Shown: in pieces, positions 1 to 9,523 of the stretch
Layout of the letters: the number at the start of each line of letters is the position of its first letter
Numbering within the stretch: position 1 is the first letter of the stretch
DNA from: Elusimicrobiota bacterium
Lineage (GTDB): Bacteria > Elusimicrobiota > Endomicrobiia > Endomicrobiales > JBDRNC01
NCBI GenBank assembly: GCA_043811535.1
Contig: JBDRNC010000039.1
Location: 64,001 to 128,000 of the forward strand
DNA: 64,000 bases
Direction: 5' to 3'
Made by a program: the position numbers and the translations under genes
The notes under the pieces: generated by a model
The model's database searches: none
The model's input: the letters and a program-made list of their open reading frames with translations, nothing else
Told to the model about the DNA's origin: nothing

Positions 1-173
1 GTCAAATCGGCCTTGATGAACTCTGCCTTTGAGTCCATATTCTTCTCGGGGAATCCCAGGACCGTGACATGCGGGGTGTAATCAAGGCATCTTCTGGTCA
101 GATGCCCGCCGATGAAGCCCGTTCCCCCGACAATTAGGACGTTGTCCTTTTCCAAAAGAGTTGTTTTGTTCAT
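1..173 (-). CDS. NAD-dependent epimerase/dehydratase (SDR); N-terminal part only, truncated by the window edge
   Basis: Manual translation from the ATG at 173 gives MNKTTLLEKDNVLIVGGTGFIGGHL, a Rossmann GGxGFIG motif. It starts 2 nt after the upstream stop. Confidence 0.85.
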   Translation of the reverse strand, partial: MNKTTLLEKDNVLIVGGTGFIGGHLTRRCLDYTPHVTVLGFPEKNMDSKAEFIKADL

Positions 174-175
174 GT

Positions 176-820
176 TCAGATATCCTTGTTAAGTTTCTTT
201 ACGCACGCGTCAAGGTGTTCGAGATCGGCGATTATGCTTTTATCAGCGTCGTATTTTCCCACGGAAGAGTTTCTTTCGACGAAGTTAACCCCTGCCTGCT
301 CCGCGGCGATGCGGTCGCTCTGAGCGTCGCCTATATATAGTATTTCATTCTTGCGAAGCCCGTGCCTGGCGATGATACCGGTTATTATGTCAAGTTTCTT
401 TTTCGGGCTCCCGTGAATTTCGGTGAAATACTTATTCAGGCCTCTTTTGAGGATGATTTCAAGAAGTTCTTCTTCGGGCGTCCCGGAAGCTATGAACATC
501 TTGTATTCTTTGCGATTGTCTTCTAGAAATTCGCGCGCGCCTCTGACAAAGGGTGTTTCAAGTATTTTCTCGAAAACAATCCGGGTAAAGCGGGATCCGA
601 GTTCTTTTTCCTCCAGTTCCGTAAGGGGCAACTTGAGGATATTTTTGTATATGTGCCTGAATTTGACGTATCTGGATATCCCGGCGTTAGCCAGGTGGTA
701 ATCGACGATTTCCTTCTGTTTTCCGGGGTAATCTGAAAAAAGCTCTGCGAAAGCGTCGGTTTTTATGTCCGCGGATTCCAGTATAACCCCGTCAAAATCG
801 AAAACAATAACTTTAATCAT
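176..820 (-). CDS. HAD-superfamily hydrolase/phosphatase
   Basis: Motif I FDFDGV, motif II ASGT, motif IV IGDAQSD. Confidence 0.9.
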   Translation of the reverse strand: MIKVIVFDFDGVILESADIKTDAFAELFSDYPGKQKEIVDYHLANAGISRYVKFRHIYKNILKLPLTELEEKELGSRFTRIVFEKILETPFVRGAREFLEDNRKEYKMFIASGTPEEELLEIILKRGLNKYFTEIHGSPKKKLDIITGIIARHGLRKNEILYIGDAQSDRIAAEQAGVNFVERNSSVGKYDADKSIIADLEHLDACVKKLNKDI

Positions 821-2555
821 TACGGTTTAACCCCGTATCCTTAACATAGGAATAAAACTTTTCATAGTCAGGGACAGAAAAATATTTTTCTTTTGACGCG
901 GCCGGTATGGTCTTTTCGTTCAACGAGCGGACCAATACGTCCTTAAAATCATTTTCATGCGCGATGAACAGGTGGTCTTTAATGAAATGATCGGTTCCGT
1001 CTGAAAATATTTCGGGCCTGTAATAAAGCGTCTTTACCCGCGTTAAAACCGCTTCATATGCGGCCGTAGATCCGGAAGTTATCAATAAGGCGCAGTCCTT
1101 GAGCAGTTCCGGTATCGGCGTATCGATATATACGCAATTTTGGTGGTTTTTAAACCTGTCATTATATATCGCGAACGAAGGCAGGTACGGGTGCGGTTTT
1201 ATACTAACTTTGTAATTACTTAACAGGGATCTATGGTTATCGAGAATATTCAGTATCTCATTTTGTATCGATTCGGCGATATCCCAGTATATCGGAAGCG
1301 CGACGATTATGTTCTTGCTGTTATTCGACCTATCGGAGGAATCCCAGATATGCTCGTATCTCAGCGAACCCGCGATATCGATTGCCGATGACTTCCCGTA
1401 TTGGGCGGCGAGAAAATCAGACCACACTCTGCCGGTAGTTAATATTATTTCGGGCAAAGGCATATTATTTTCGTATTTTGACTTGCGATAATCCAGCCAG
1501 TTGTTGGGAATGATCGTATGCAGATAGCCGATCCTGCGATGTCCGGCAAAAGCGATGTAAAGCATTTTTTCAAACGGCTGGTTCTCATAAATGCTGATAA
1601 GCACAGCCTGTTTCTTAAGCGTTCTTTCAACGTTTTTAAAAGCGTGATAACATAGTATAAATTTCTTGAATATGTGTTGATCATTTTCTCTTTTAATCTC
1701 ATTGTCCAAAAGAAAATTCAAAAGCTCGAAATCGAGCAAGTTATTTGAATTATTGACCGGCTTTACGGCCTTAAAAACCGTTAATGAAATACGAGTTAAG
1801 TCAAAAAAGCTGACGTAACCCAGAGAATCTATGACATTGTCGAAGTACTTGTTAAGCTTGTTAAGATGCGGTATGGAAACAACCGGCGCGGCCATGCGCC
1901 CTGTTTTCAGCCCTTTCGCTTTTAGAAAGGATTCGAGATTCACAAAAAATATATCATTAAATTCCGGCAGTTTGGTAAATACGGCGTCTTCGATCCAGCT
2001 GTAGATTATCACGTCATAATCGGCCAAATCATGTTTTTTCTTGAAAATCTTTGAATATAGAAGCAAAAAGAAATATTTATAAGATGAGATGGAGCATTTA
2101 ATGCGTTTTAAAAAGTTAACTAAAAAATGTGAGCAGCTGTTTTTATAAATCTTATATTGCCCATGAACGGGAAGAAGCCTTATGTTATCGAGCAATTCGT
2201 TATTATCGGTGATAAAAACTATATTATCATGAACGGAGGCCAGATATCCTGCCAGTTTCAAATAGACATACTGCTGGAACATTGATGTCTGGGAAATCGA
2301 TTTTGACGCGAACCTTGATGAATACCATAGAAGCTTGTTTTCCTGCAATTCCGAGAGCGTCCCGATATAGTCAACGTAGTTGTCCCTGCAGGAGTCAGTT
2401 ATCGATTCAATGTAGCGCCCTAGGAACACTCTGTTTTCCGTTTTGAACGCGCGGGCGGCGTTTTTAATCGAATCCGGACTGCCGAGATAGCACCATTTGT
2501 TGTCTTTCAGAGAATCCGGGATCTTTTTGCAGTAAGCGTCTAAAACAAATATCAT
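813..2555 (-). CDS. Hypothetical surface-carbohydrate biosynthesis protein; candidate GT-B-like ulosonate transferase
   Basis: 580 aa ORF coupled to its neighbours. The C-terminal half has GYLH, GSLRY, IKPHP and ITSGSTAAYEA motifs, reminiscent of CMP/CDP-donor transferases. Confidence 0.5.
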   Translation of the reverse strand: MIFVLDAYCKKIPDSLKDNKWCYLGSPDSIKNAARAFKTENRVFLGRYIESITDSCRDNYVDYIGTLSELQENKLLWYSSRFASKSISQTSMFQQYVYLKLAGYLASVHDNIVFITDNNELLDNIRLLPVHGQYKIYKNSCSHFLVNFLKRIKCSISSYKYFFLLLYSKIFKKKHDLADYDVIIYSWIEDAVFTKLPEFNDIFFVNLESFLKAKGLKTGRMAAPVVSIPHLNKLNKYFDNVIDSLGYVSFFDLTRISLTVFKAVKPVNNSNNLLDFELLNFLLDNEIKRENDQHIFKKFILCYHAFKNVERTLKKQAVLISIYENQPFEKMLYIAFAGHRRIGYLHTIIPNNWLDYRKSKYENNMPLPEIILTTGRVWSDFLAAQYGKSSAIDIAGSLRYEHIWDSSDRSNNSKNIIVALPIYWDIAESIQNEILNILDNHRSLLSNYKVSIKPHPYLPSFAIYNDRFKNHQNCVYIDTPIPELLKDCALLITSGSTAAYEAVLTRVKTLYYRPEIFSDGTDHFIKDHLFIAHENDFKDVLVRSLNEKTIPAASKEKYFSVPDYEKFYSYVKDTGLNRND

Positions 2556-2556
2556 A

Positions 2557-3468
2557 TTATCCGTGTTTTTTGTGTGATTTACGGGTCATTTCATGCAGGC
2601 ATTCCAAAAGGCCCTGGCCCATGTCGGTGTAATAGTTGCTGACAAGTTTATGGCCGATTTTCGGGATAAAGGAGTACGGCGTTATGCTGTAGTGGTCTTC
2701 ATTCAGTTTACCGGTGAACTCGACCTTTATATTCTTTCCCAGAATCTCTTTTATCATTTTGACCATGTCCGCGAACTTCATCTGGTAATGGCCGGTGATT
2801 ATTATGTGCTTATTCCTGTACTGATTATCTAGAATATCTACGCTGAGTCTTGCAGCGTCCCTTACGTGAATATACTCCCTGAACTCTTCTCCGGTCCCGT
2901 CGAGAACCAGCATGTCCTTTTCAAGCGCTTGTTTAAGGTATCTGTAAATGCTGTTGAATTCGTTAGCGTTTGGGCCGTAAAGAGTGCCGTATCTCAGGAC
3001 CGTGAAATCCAGGTTGTTTCTCCTGTGATATTCTTCGATGTATATCTCGGACGCCTGCTTGCTGCAGCGGTAGAACCCGCCTTTTTGGCTGTATACGTAG
3101 ATAGTGCTCGCGTAAATATAACGCTTGATTTTCGATTTTACACAGGCTTCGATTATGTTTAGATTGCCGATTACGTTCAATTTTACGGTATCAAGCGGTT
3201 TTGTCGATGCGTCATCAAGGCTGGCAATGCCGGAAAAATTATATACGAAATTATTGCCGCTTACCGCTTTTTCGACTGCGGGTCTGTCGAGAATATCGCT
3301 TTTAATGAATTTGAAATCGCCCTTAACATTATCCGGCGCGGTTATATCGAATATCGTCACTTTAAAGCCCCTGTCGATCAACTCATTGGCGACGTTCGAT
3401 CCAAGAAAACCCGACCCGCCGAAAACGACCGCTTTTTTACCGGCTGTTTTTACAGTTTTATTTACCAT
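2557..3468 (-). CDS. NAD-dependent epimerase/dehydratase (SDR)
   Basis: GGSGFLG, catalytic YRCSK (YxxxK), LRYGTLYGP. Confidence 0.9.
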   Translation of the reverse strand: MVNKTVKTAGKKAVVFGGSGFLGSNVANELIDRGFKVTIFDITAPDNVKGDFKFIKSDILDRPAVEKAVSGNNFVYNFSGIASLDDASTKPLDTVKLNVIGNLNIIEACVKSKIKRYIYASTIYVYSQKGGFYRCSKQASEIYIEEYHRRNNLDFTVLRYGTLYGPNANEFNSIYRYLKQALEKDMLVLDGTGEEFREYIHVRDAARLSVDILDNQYRNKHIIITGHYQMKFADMVKMIKEILGKNIKVEFTGKLNEDHYSITPYSFIPKIGHKLVSNYYTDMGQGLLECLHEMTRKSHKKHG

Positions 3469-4126
3469 TATACTCTCCGATGACAGTGCACGGCGCGCTG
3501 TCGATATTCGTGAAGATCAACGGCAAAGCAGTGACCTTTAACAACTTATTCTTTTTATTCGGTATTTTCATGTCTTCGATCAGCAGCAGCGGACGGCCGG
3601 GTGAGTCCGGGTCAAGGAAGGCGTTATGCGTTTCCCTTCCCATGGCCCTGTCGGAGAAAGACGAAACAGAGATCCAGTCTATTCCGACGGCCCTTAGATT
3701 CCGGTAATTTGCCCTGAGCCATCTTGCCGTATCGGGATGTATAGCCGGGTTCCTCAGGGAGTAAACGGGCTTGCGCCGGAATTTCCCCCATCCCGATTTC
3801 AGGATAAGAAGATCCGTGTTATTGTTTATGCGGCCTTTAAACATATCAATGGAGGCCGGCTGGCCGGCACGAAGAGCAAGTTTAACAACTTGCGGCCTGT
3901 CAAATATCCAGTAAGCCGCCGGATAATTCACAGCTTTCATTCCCTTCCTGAAGAAATGGTTCGGGCAGTCCACATGAGTTCCCCAGTGATTCTCGAATCT
4001 GAGTTCAAACACATTGCAGGAATCGCCCGATGAAAGCGATTTTTTCCGCGAAACCCCGATTTTTTGGGACGGCTTTCCGTAAGACGGGATATATTCAGCC
4101 ATCGGATAAGAGAGGAATTCGTACAC
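3458..4126 (-). CDS. Cyclase-family (kynurenine formamidase-like) metal amidohydrolase
   Basis: HWGTHVDCPNH matches the HxGTHxDxPxH signature; also AVGID. Confidence 0.88.
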   Translation of the reverse strand: MYEFLSYPMAEYIPSYGKPSQKIGVSRKKSLSSGDSCNVFELRFENHWGTHVDCPNHFFRKGMKAVNYPAAYWIFDRPQVVKLALRAGQPASIDMFKGRINNNTDLLILKSGWGKFRRKPVYSLRNPAIHPDTARWLRANYRNLRAVGIDWISVSSFSDRAMGRETHNAFLDPDSPGRPLLLIEDMKIPNKKNKLLKVTALPLIFTNIDSAPCTVIGEYNGK

Positions 4127-5047
4127 TTATTTAAGGTCCTTTATGATGTTTTCCGCCGCTTCAATTTCCATCTGGATCCTGCTTTCAATCGCGTATGAGC
4201 CTGCGTGCGGAGTCAAAACGACGTTTTTCAACTCAGTAAGAGGCCCGGAATAGGGCTCTTTGTCATAAACATCCAGCGCCGCACCTTTGATATGCCCGTC
4301 ATTAAGGGCTTCAAATAACGCCTTTTCGTCTATCAGGCTTCCCCTGGAAGTGTTGACTATCCACGAGCCCTTACGCATTTTGAATAGGCTTTCTTTATTG
4401 ATCAGCCTTTCGCCGCCCTTCAGTCCCGAACAGTGCAGCGTGATTATGTCCGACCAGGCAAGAAGCTGGTTAAGATCCTTCCTGTTGAATTCCGCGGCGT
4501 TCAGCTTTTCGTTTATATCAAAATACGCGATCTCCGCGGAAAAACCGGACAATATTTCGGCGACCCTGCGCCCGATCCTCCCGAAACCGACGATACCTAT
4601 TTTTTTGCCTTTGATCAGATTCCCCATCTCCTTGTTCCATTTTCCGTTTCTGATCCCTGAATTCATTGAACTTATATTCCTCAGTAAGTCTATTATAATT
4701 CCGACGGTCAATTCCGCGACGGCTTCCGTGGGGGCGTCGGGGGTATTGCTGATCCTGATTCCCATTTCACCCGCGGCTTTCAGATCGATATTGTCGACTC
4801 CGGCGCCGCATCTTGATATCGCCGATAATCCCGAAGCTTTCAGGGTTTTGAGCGTCACCGAGTCGTATTTTTCGGTTCCTGCGATTATTCCCGCACAGTT
4901 CGAGCACAGTCCCGGAATTTCATCCGTTTTCAGCGCTCTACCCTTGTTGTTAAGCGCCAAATCAAATCCATTATTTCTCAGGATGTCAATCGGCCGTGAA
5001 TCGTGTTCAGCGAAGGATGTGGTAGTGATAGATATTTTATTTTTCAT
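4127..5047 (-). CDS. D-isomer-specific 2-hydroxyacid dehydrogenase (SerA-like, no ACT domain)
   Basis: GAGVDNID, GFGRIG, NTSRG, AALDVY.EP, LTPH motifs. Confidence 0.92.
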   Translation of the reverse strand: MKNKISITTTSFAEHDSRPIDILRNNGFDLALNNKGRALKTDEIPGLCSNCAGIIAGTEKYDSVTLKTLKASGLSAISRCGAGVDNIDLKAAGEMGIRISNTPDAPTEAVAELTVGIIIDLLRNISSMNSGIRNGKWNKEMGNLIKGKKIGIVGFGRIGRRVAEILSGFSAEIAYFDINEKLNAAEFNRKDLNQLLAWSDIITLHCSGLKGGERLINKESLFKMRKGSWIVNTSRGSLIDEKALFEALNDGHIKGAALDVYDKEPYSGPLTELKNVVLTPHAGSYAIESRIQMEIEAAENIIKDLK

Positions 5048-5056
5048 TCCCTCTCC

Positions 5057-5803
5057 TCAAAGTATATCCTCCGGCAACTTCAATTTCATTATCGTGCCGG
5101 AATGCATGATAGTTGTCGGCTTTTTAACGTAAAAAACTCCGAAAACAAGCTTTTTATACAATGTCCTGGCGGTTTTAGACGGTTTTCCCCAATAACCGTA
5201 GGCGCTTATGGATTCCGGCGCCGGTTTTTGTTTCTCGAATAACTTTAAGGCGTCGTTTAAGCTGAATACTACATAATTGGCTATCTCCGGTTTCTTGTCT
5301 TTTCCGGAAAAGTTTATGTATTGATAGCTTTTTTTTATATCGTTAACACTTTTTCCTCTCGCGAGCCTCAGGGAAATTATGAAATGACCTCCCGGTTTCA
5401 GCGCCTTCCAGCAAGAGCTTATGATTTTCTTGGTCTGTAGGTTCCAATCGGCGCAGCTCAAAGAAAAAACCGTGTCATATTTCCCGGCGATATTATTTTG
5501 CTTGAGAATATCTCCGGCAACGAACCTTAAAGGCGCGCCGCGGCGGAAATTTCTTTTTGCTGTTTGAATCGCCGGGGCGTTTATATCAATGCCCGTGTAG
5601 GAATCAAAGCCGAATTTGTCTTTCAGCGCGGATGCCAGTCCTCCGCAGGCGCAGCCGACGTCCAAAATGTCTCCGAAAGATCCGTTTTCTTCGTACACGC
5701 GCATGAAAACCCGCTTTTCGGACGGGTAGAAATTATTGAAGGAGTTCCTGTTGCGAGAATAGTAATCAGAAATCTCTTTTGACCGGTATACTCTGTTCTT
5801 CAT
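5057..5803 (-). CDS. Class I SAM-dependent methyltransferase
   Basis: ILDVGCACG motif I, GIDIN, LKPGG. Confidence 0.88.
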   Translation of the reverse strand: MKNRVYRSKEISDYYSRNRNSFNNFYPSEKRVFMRVYEENGSFGDILDVGCACGGLASALKDKFGFDSYTGIDINAPAIQTAKRNFRRGAPLRFVAGDILKQNNIAGKYDTVFSLSCADWNLQTKKIISSCWKALKPGGHFIISLRLARGKSVNDIKKSYQYINFSGKDKKPEIANYVVFSLNDALKLFEKQKPAPESISAYGYWGKPSKTARTLYKKLVFGVFYVKKPTTIMHSGTIMKLKLPEDIL

Positions 5804-5806
5804 GCC

Positions 5807-6637
5807 TTATTCTTCCCAATCCTGATATAGCTTCATGTAGCTGGTATCCTTTTCAAGTATCGCCCCCCAAAAACCCTCATAATCAAAATATCTCCACAAG
5901 TAACCAAGGATTTGGCTGAGGATTGGAATTCCTTTCGGATATTGAAAGTATATCCTGCTGTATTTTATCTTCCATCCTGAATGAAGGAATATCAATTCCC
6001 AATCTGACGGATTCAATTCAAAAATATGCTCCTGCTCGGCGTTCACCTGCAAATGAGTCTGTTTTCTTATTGAGTGAAGCGCGACCCTGCTTGTCTTCAA
6101 ATAGGGAACGGTTATTAACATTTTATCGCAAGATGTCCTGTCTGCAAGGCGTTTGAAGAATATTGACGGGTTGTGCAAGTGCTCTACCATCTGGAATGAA
6201 GTGAAAAGGTCTATTTTCCTGCCGCCGAGGTCAAGATTTTCAGCTCTGCAAAAGACGGCCTTCAACCCTCTTTTTTCTATCTTTTTGACCGCGTTTGGGT
6301 CAAGATTCACGCTGACGGTATCTATTTCCTTGTCTTTTATAAGATTCTTTGCGTAAAGCATGTGCGAGCCTGCGGAATCTCCGATATCCACTATTGTTAT
6401 CCTGGGAGCGTCGATAAGTTCAACGGCTTTTTGCAGTAATAATAATTGAAACGACTGCAACGCCCTGCGCTTGACTTCCGTATATTCGTTGAAGTATGGT
6501 CTCTCGCTTGACTCCTGGTCGGAAATATCAGGAATTATTGCTCTTAATTCGGAAACAAGGCCGTTCAGTCCGTTCTGATTGACAGCGCGTTTAACCGACC
6601 ATCCGAATACCGACTCCAATACCTTATCTTTTCTCAT
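5807..6637 (-). CDS. Methyltransferase-domain protein (divergent class I)
   Basis: IVDIGDSAG (divergent motif I), FQMVEHLHNP, LITVP. Confidence 0.75.
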   Translation of the reverse strand: MRKDKVLESVFGWSVKRAVNQNGLNGLVSELRAIIPDISDQESSERPYFNEYTEVKRRALQSFQLLLLQKAVELIDAPRITIVDIGDSAGSHMLYAKNLIKDKEIDTVSVNLDPNAVKKIEKRGLKAVFCRAENLDLGGRKIDLFTSFQMVEHLHNPSIFFKRLADRTSCDKMLITVPYLKTSRVALHSIRKQTHLQVNAEQEHIFELNPSDWELIFLHSGWKIKYSRIYFQYPKGIPILSQILGYLWRYFDYEGFWGAILEKDTSYMKLYQDWEE

Positions 6638-7712
6638 GTTTTCTATACACCCTTATGAATATCTTCCAGAATATACTCATGGTTCTTTTTGAATTCGTGG
6701 TCACCCGAATAAAATTCTTCAAAAACGGCTGCTGAAAATTACCGCTGATAAGTATCTTCCTTTTCCTGAGGTCGTTTATCAGCGCCGCTGCCCCGCGGCG
6801 GCATTCTATAAGCACGAAATTAGCATGTCCCGGTATATATTTTATTCTCTCTTTTACAAGATTACTTATAATATAGTCCTTACCTTCTTTGGAATCCGAG
6901 ACTAATCTGCCGATCAATCTTTTTGTCTTAAGAAATCTATCGGCGAATAGAACTGATAAAGCGTTTACGTCGTAGGTCGGCTTGACCTTTTTGAGATTCC
7001 GGATTATTCCGGCCTGGGCAGCGGCGTAGCCCAGCCTGCATCCCGCCATGCCGCACAGCTTTGAAAATGTCCTGAGTACGATAAGATTCCCGAATTTGTT
7101 TATCAGCTTTATGTATGATTTATTGTAAAAGTAGTAATAGGCCTCGTCTATTAAAAGAAGAATGTTTTGACGGCGGGCTTTTTTGACAATTTCCAGCATA
7201 TCCTTTTCCCGGATAACGCTTCCCGTGGGATTATTGGGATTGACAACAACAGCCATCTTAACGCCCTTTTTTAATGAGTTCAGAAAATCTTCAGCAGGAA
7301 ATGACTGGGCGTTTCTGTAGCGCACATAAATGGGTTTAGCGTTATATATCGCGCAATAGACGGGATACATCGCGAAAGTCGGATCCGTCAGAACCACCCT
7401 ATCGTTTTTTTGGATATAAGCGTCAAAAATATATTTAATCGCGGCGTCGGATCCGTTAGCCATGCATATGTTCATGGTTTTAAGACCGTCAAGTTTCGCC
7501 ACGTTCGCGATAAGTCCTTTATATTCGGGATATTTAGATATATATTCCGACGTAATGCATGAAGCGGTATTTTTTATAAATTGAGCGGGCAGTCCCCGGA
7601 CGTTTTCATTCATGTCCAGGCATAAGCAATCCGAACGGGATGCATCCTCAACATTAAATCTCTCGATATTCATCAGTTGTTTTTTTGGTGTTATGCCGGT
7701 TTTCATTTGCAT
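6624..7712 (-). CDS. Class I/II PLP-dependent aminotransferase (HisC/CobD-like)
   Basis: LDMNEN, NPNNPTG, IDEAY, RTFSK..G.AG.RLGY. Confidence 0.9.
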   Translation of the reverse strand: MQMKTGITPKKQLMNIERFNVEDASRSDCLCLDMNENVRGLPAQFIKNTASCITSEYISKYPEYKGLIANVAKLDGLKTMNICMANGSDAAIKYIFDAYIQKNDRVVLTDPTFAMYPVYCAIYNAKPIYVRYRNAQSFPAEDFLNSLKKGVKMAVVVNPNNPTGSVIREKDMLEIVKKARRQNILLLIDEAYYYFYNKSYIKLINKFGNLIVLRTFSKLCGMAGCRLGYAAAQAGIIRNLKKVKPTYDVNALSVLFADRFLKTKRLIGRLVSDSKEGKDYIISNLVKERIKYIPGHANFVLIECRRGAAALINDLRKRKILISGNFQQPFLKNFIRVTTNSKRTMSIFWKIFIRVYRKHEKR

Positions 7713-7715
7713 GCC

Positions 7716-8684
7716 CTATTTGGTCAATTTTGATATCTGCGCTGTACGCCACGGACAACCGTCGCAGTCTTCAACTTCATCAGAACGTCCGGATTTATGC
7801 AGTTCCCTGGCGGTATTCAATCTTTCATCATGCCAACATTCAAATATCGTATTTTTCTTTACGTTTCCCGGAGAGATTGTCCTCAAGTCGTCGTTATTGC
7901 ACGGCAGAATCGTGCCGTCCCACTCTATCGTCATTCTCTGCCAAAGCTGGGGGCAAGCCCAGTCATACACGATCCCTTTTTCCCTCTTGGACTCATCTTT
8001 GTAATCGACTGCCGCCACTTCATCACAGAAAGGCCGCCAGGTTTTGACGTATTTGTCGGTATCATCCTCCAGCGAAAAGATAGTCTGTATCCTGACTTTC
8101 GGATAATTTAGCCCTCCTTGCTTCCTTATTTCAAGCAAAGCCTCAAGATTTTTCTTAATTACGCTTAGTTTGGCTCCTTTCCTGTTCTTTTCGAACTTTT
8201 CGGCGTCAGTGCCTTCAATAGAGACCGATATACGGTCGAGCCCCGCGTCAACGAGCTTTTGTATCATATTCTCCGTCAAAAGCATGGCGTTCGTGTTGAA
8301 ATATACGTCGATCACGCCGCATTTTTTGGCGTAATGTACCATTTCCGATATCTTCGGGTGCAAGAGGGGTTCGCCGCGGTAGCTTAATTTAACGGCCGCT
8401 AAACCGTATTCTCTGCCTTCATCGATTATTTTTGTGTACATTTCATAATTCATATCCCCGAACTGGTCCTTGCTCATCAGAGGAAGTTTATCGCAAAAAG
8501 TGCAGCGCAGATTGCACCTGCTCGTCGACTCAATGTCTAGATCGATAGGAAAATCATTAAGAATAAAATTCTTCGGATTCTCCTCCCATTTCCTGCGGTA
8601 CTCTATGTATTCGCCGGATTTTGATTCATGCACGGATGACCCGCCCAGTGAATAAAAATTAGCGTTTGGTTTTACTTTTACCAT
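7716..8684 (-). CDS. Radical SAM protein with SPASM/twitch domain
   Basis: CNLRCTFC and GEPLLHP; C-terminal CPQLW...DG.ILPC...CDGC. Start placed at ATG 8684 behind a GAGGT SD. Confidence 0.92.
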   Translation of the reverse strand: MVKVKPNANFYSLGGSSVHESKSGEYIEYRRKWEENPKNFILNDFPIDLDIESTSRCNLRCTFCDKLPLMSKDQFGDMNYEMYTKIIDEGREYGLAAVKLSYRGEPLLHPKISEMVHYAKKCGVIDVYFNTNAMLLTENMIQKLVDAGLDRISVSIEGTDAEKFEKNRKGAKLSVIKKNLEALLEIRKQGGLNYPKVRIQTIFSLEDDTDKYVKTWRPFCDEVAAVDYKDESKREKGIVYDWACPQLWQRMTIEWDGTILPCNNDDLRTISPGNVKKNTIFECWHDERLNTARELHKSGRSDEVEDCDGCPWRTAQISKLTK

Positions 8685-9438
8685 GAATAACCTCATACGG
8701 CAAATTTGATGCAGTGAAACCATTGCCTTTCAGCCAGTGCTCTAGAAGCGGCATCTGCCATTCGAAATCTATGTCAAAACTGCCGGACTGGATAATCGGA
8801 TATATTTTCTGCCCCATCCATCTCTGAGGCAGCACGCCCTTTTCCAAATCATCAAGACATCTCGGCCTGACTGCAGAAAGGCATACGTCCGCGAAATACA
8901 CCGATCCCTGGGCGTCGCGGTTGCAGTTTATTTTCATGTTCTTCGGATAATTTTCAAAGGGAATGAACGGATGTAGAAGGCCGTCATCTCCTATGGAGCG
9001 TGCTCTCAGCGGGGAGTACATATTGAATTCAGCGACAGTTACGGCGGAGTCGTAATCGGGATATTTACGGAGCGTTTCAACGGCATGGTCTATTTGAGAA
9101 GGAAGCACGCAAATACCGTTGCAATGCAGGAGAAGGATAATCTCGATGTCTTTTTTCAATACATCCTTTATGTGTTTATATCCATGGACGAATACATCCT
9201 CGCCCAGCGCTTCTTTGGTGCAAAGGTATTCCGGCCTGTCGATAACCGCGGCGCCGTGTTTGGCTGCAATTTCCTTGACCTTAGCGGAATCAGTGGAAAC
9301 ATACACCTCATCGACGTATTTTGAATTCAATGAAGCAAGAAGTGGGTAAGTCATCAGCGGCCTGCCCATTAGAGGAGCGGCGTTTTTTCCAGGGAAACCT
9401 AAGCTTCCTTCTCTTCCAATCAGTAATGCGGGAATCAT
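8659..9438 (-). CDS. Cytidylyltransferase (NeuA/KdsB CTP_transf_3 family, divergent)
   Basis: GREGSLGFPGKN (variant of ARGGSKRxPxKN), VYVSTDS, RP, FDID. Confidence 0.85.
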   Translation of the reverse strand: MIPALLIGREGSLGFPGKNAAPLMGRPLMTYPLLASLNSKYVDEVYVSTDSAKVKEIAAKHGAAVIDRPEYLCTKEALGEDVFVHGYKHIKDVLKKDIEIILLLHCNGICVLPSQIDHAVETLRKYPDYDSAVTVAEFNMYSPLRARSIGDDGLLHPFIPFENYPKNMKINCNRDAQGSVYFADVCLSAVRPRCLDDLEKGVLPQRWMGQKIYPIIQSGSFDIDFEWQMPLLEHWLKGNGFTASNLPYEVIHGKSKTKR

Positions 9439-9523
9439 TTTGTACCTCGGTATTTGTTAATTATGATATTTCGCGTGCCACTAACAATGAAATATGTTGG
9501 ATTATTAAGCGCGATCGGTCAAA

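Noticed and set aside
4287..5132. 281-aa plus-strand ORF
   Set aside because: Antisense shadow of the SerA-like gene with no recognisable motifs.
9460..9487. Internal promoter TTGTTA-N16-CATAAT upstream of the third cytidylyltransferase
   Set aside because: A weak match in an AT-rich gap; not distinguishable from chance.
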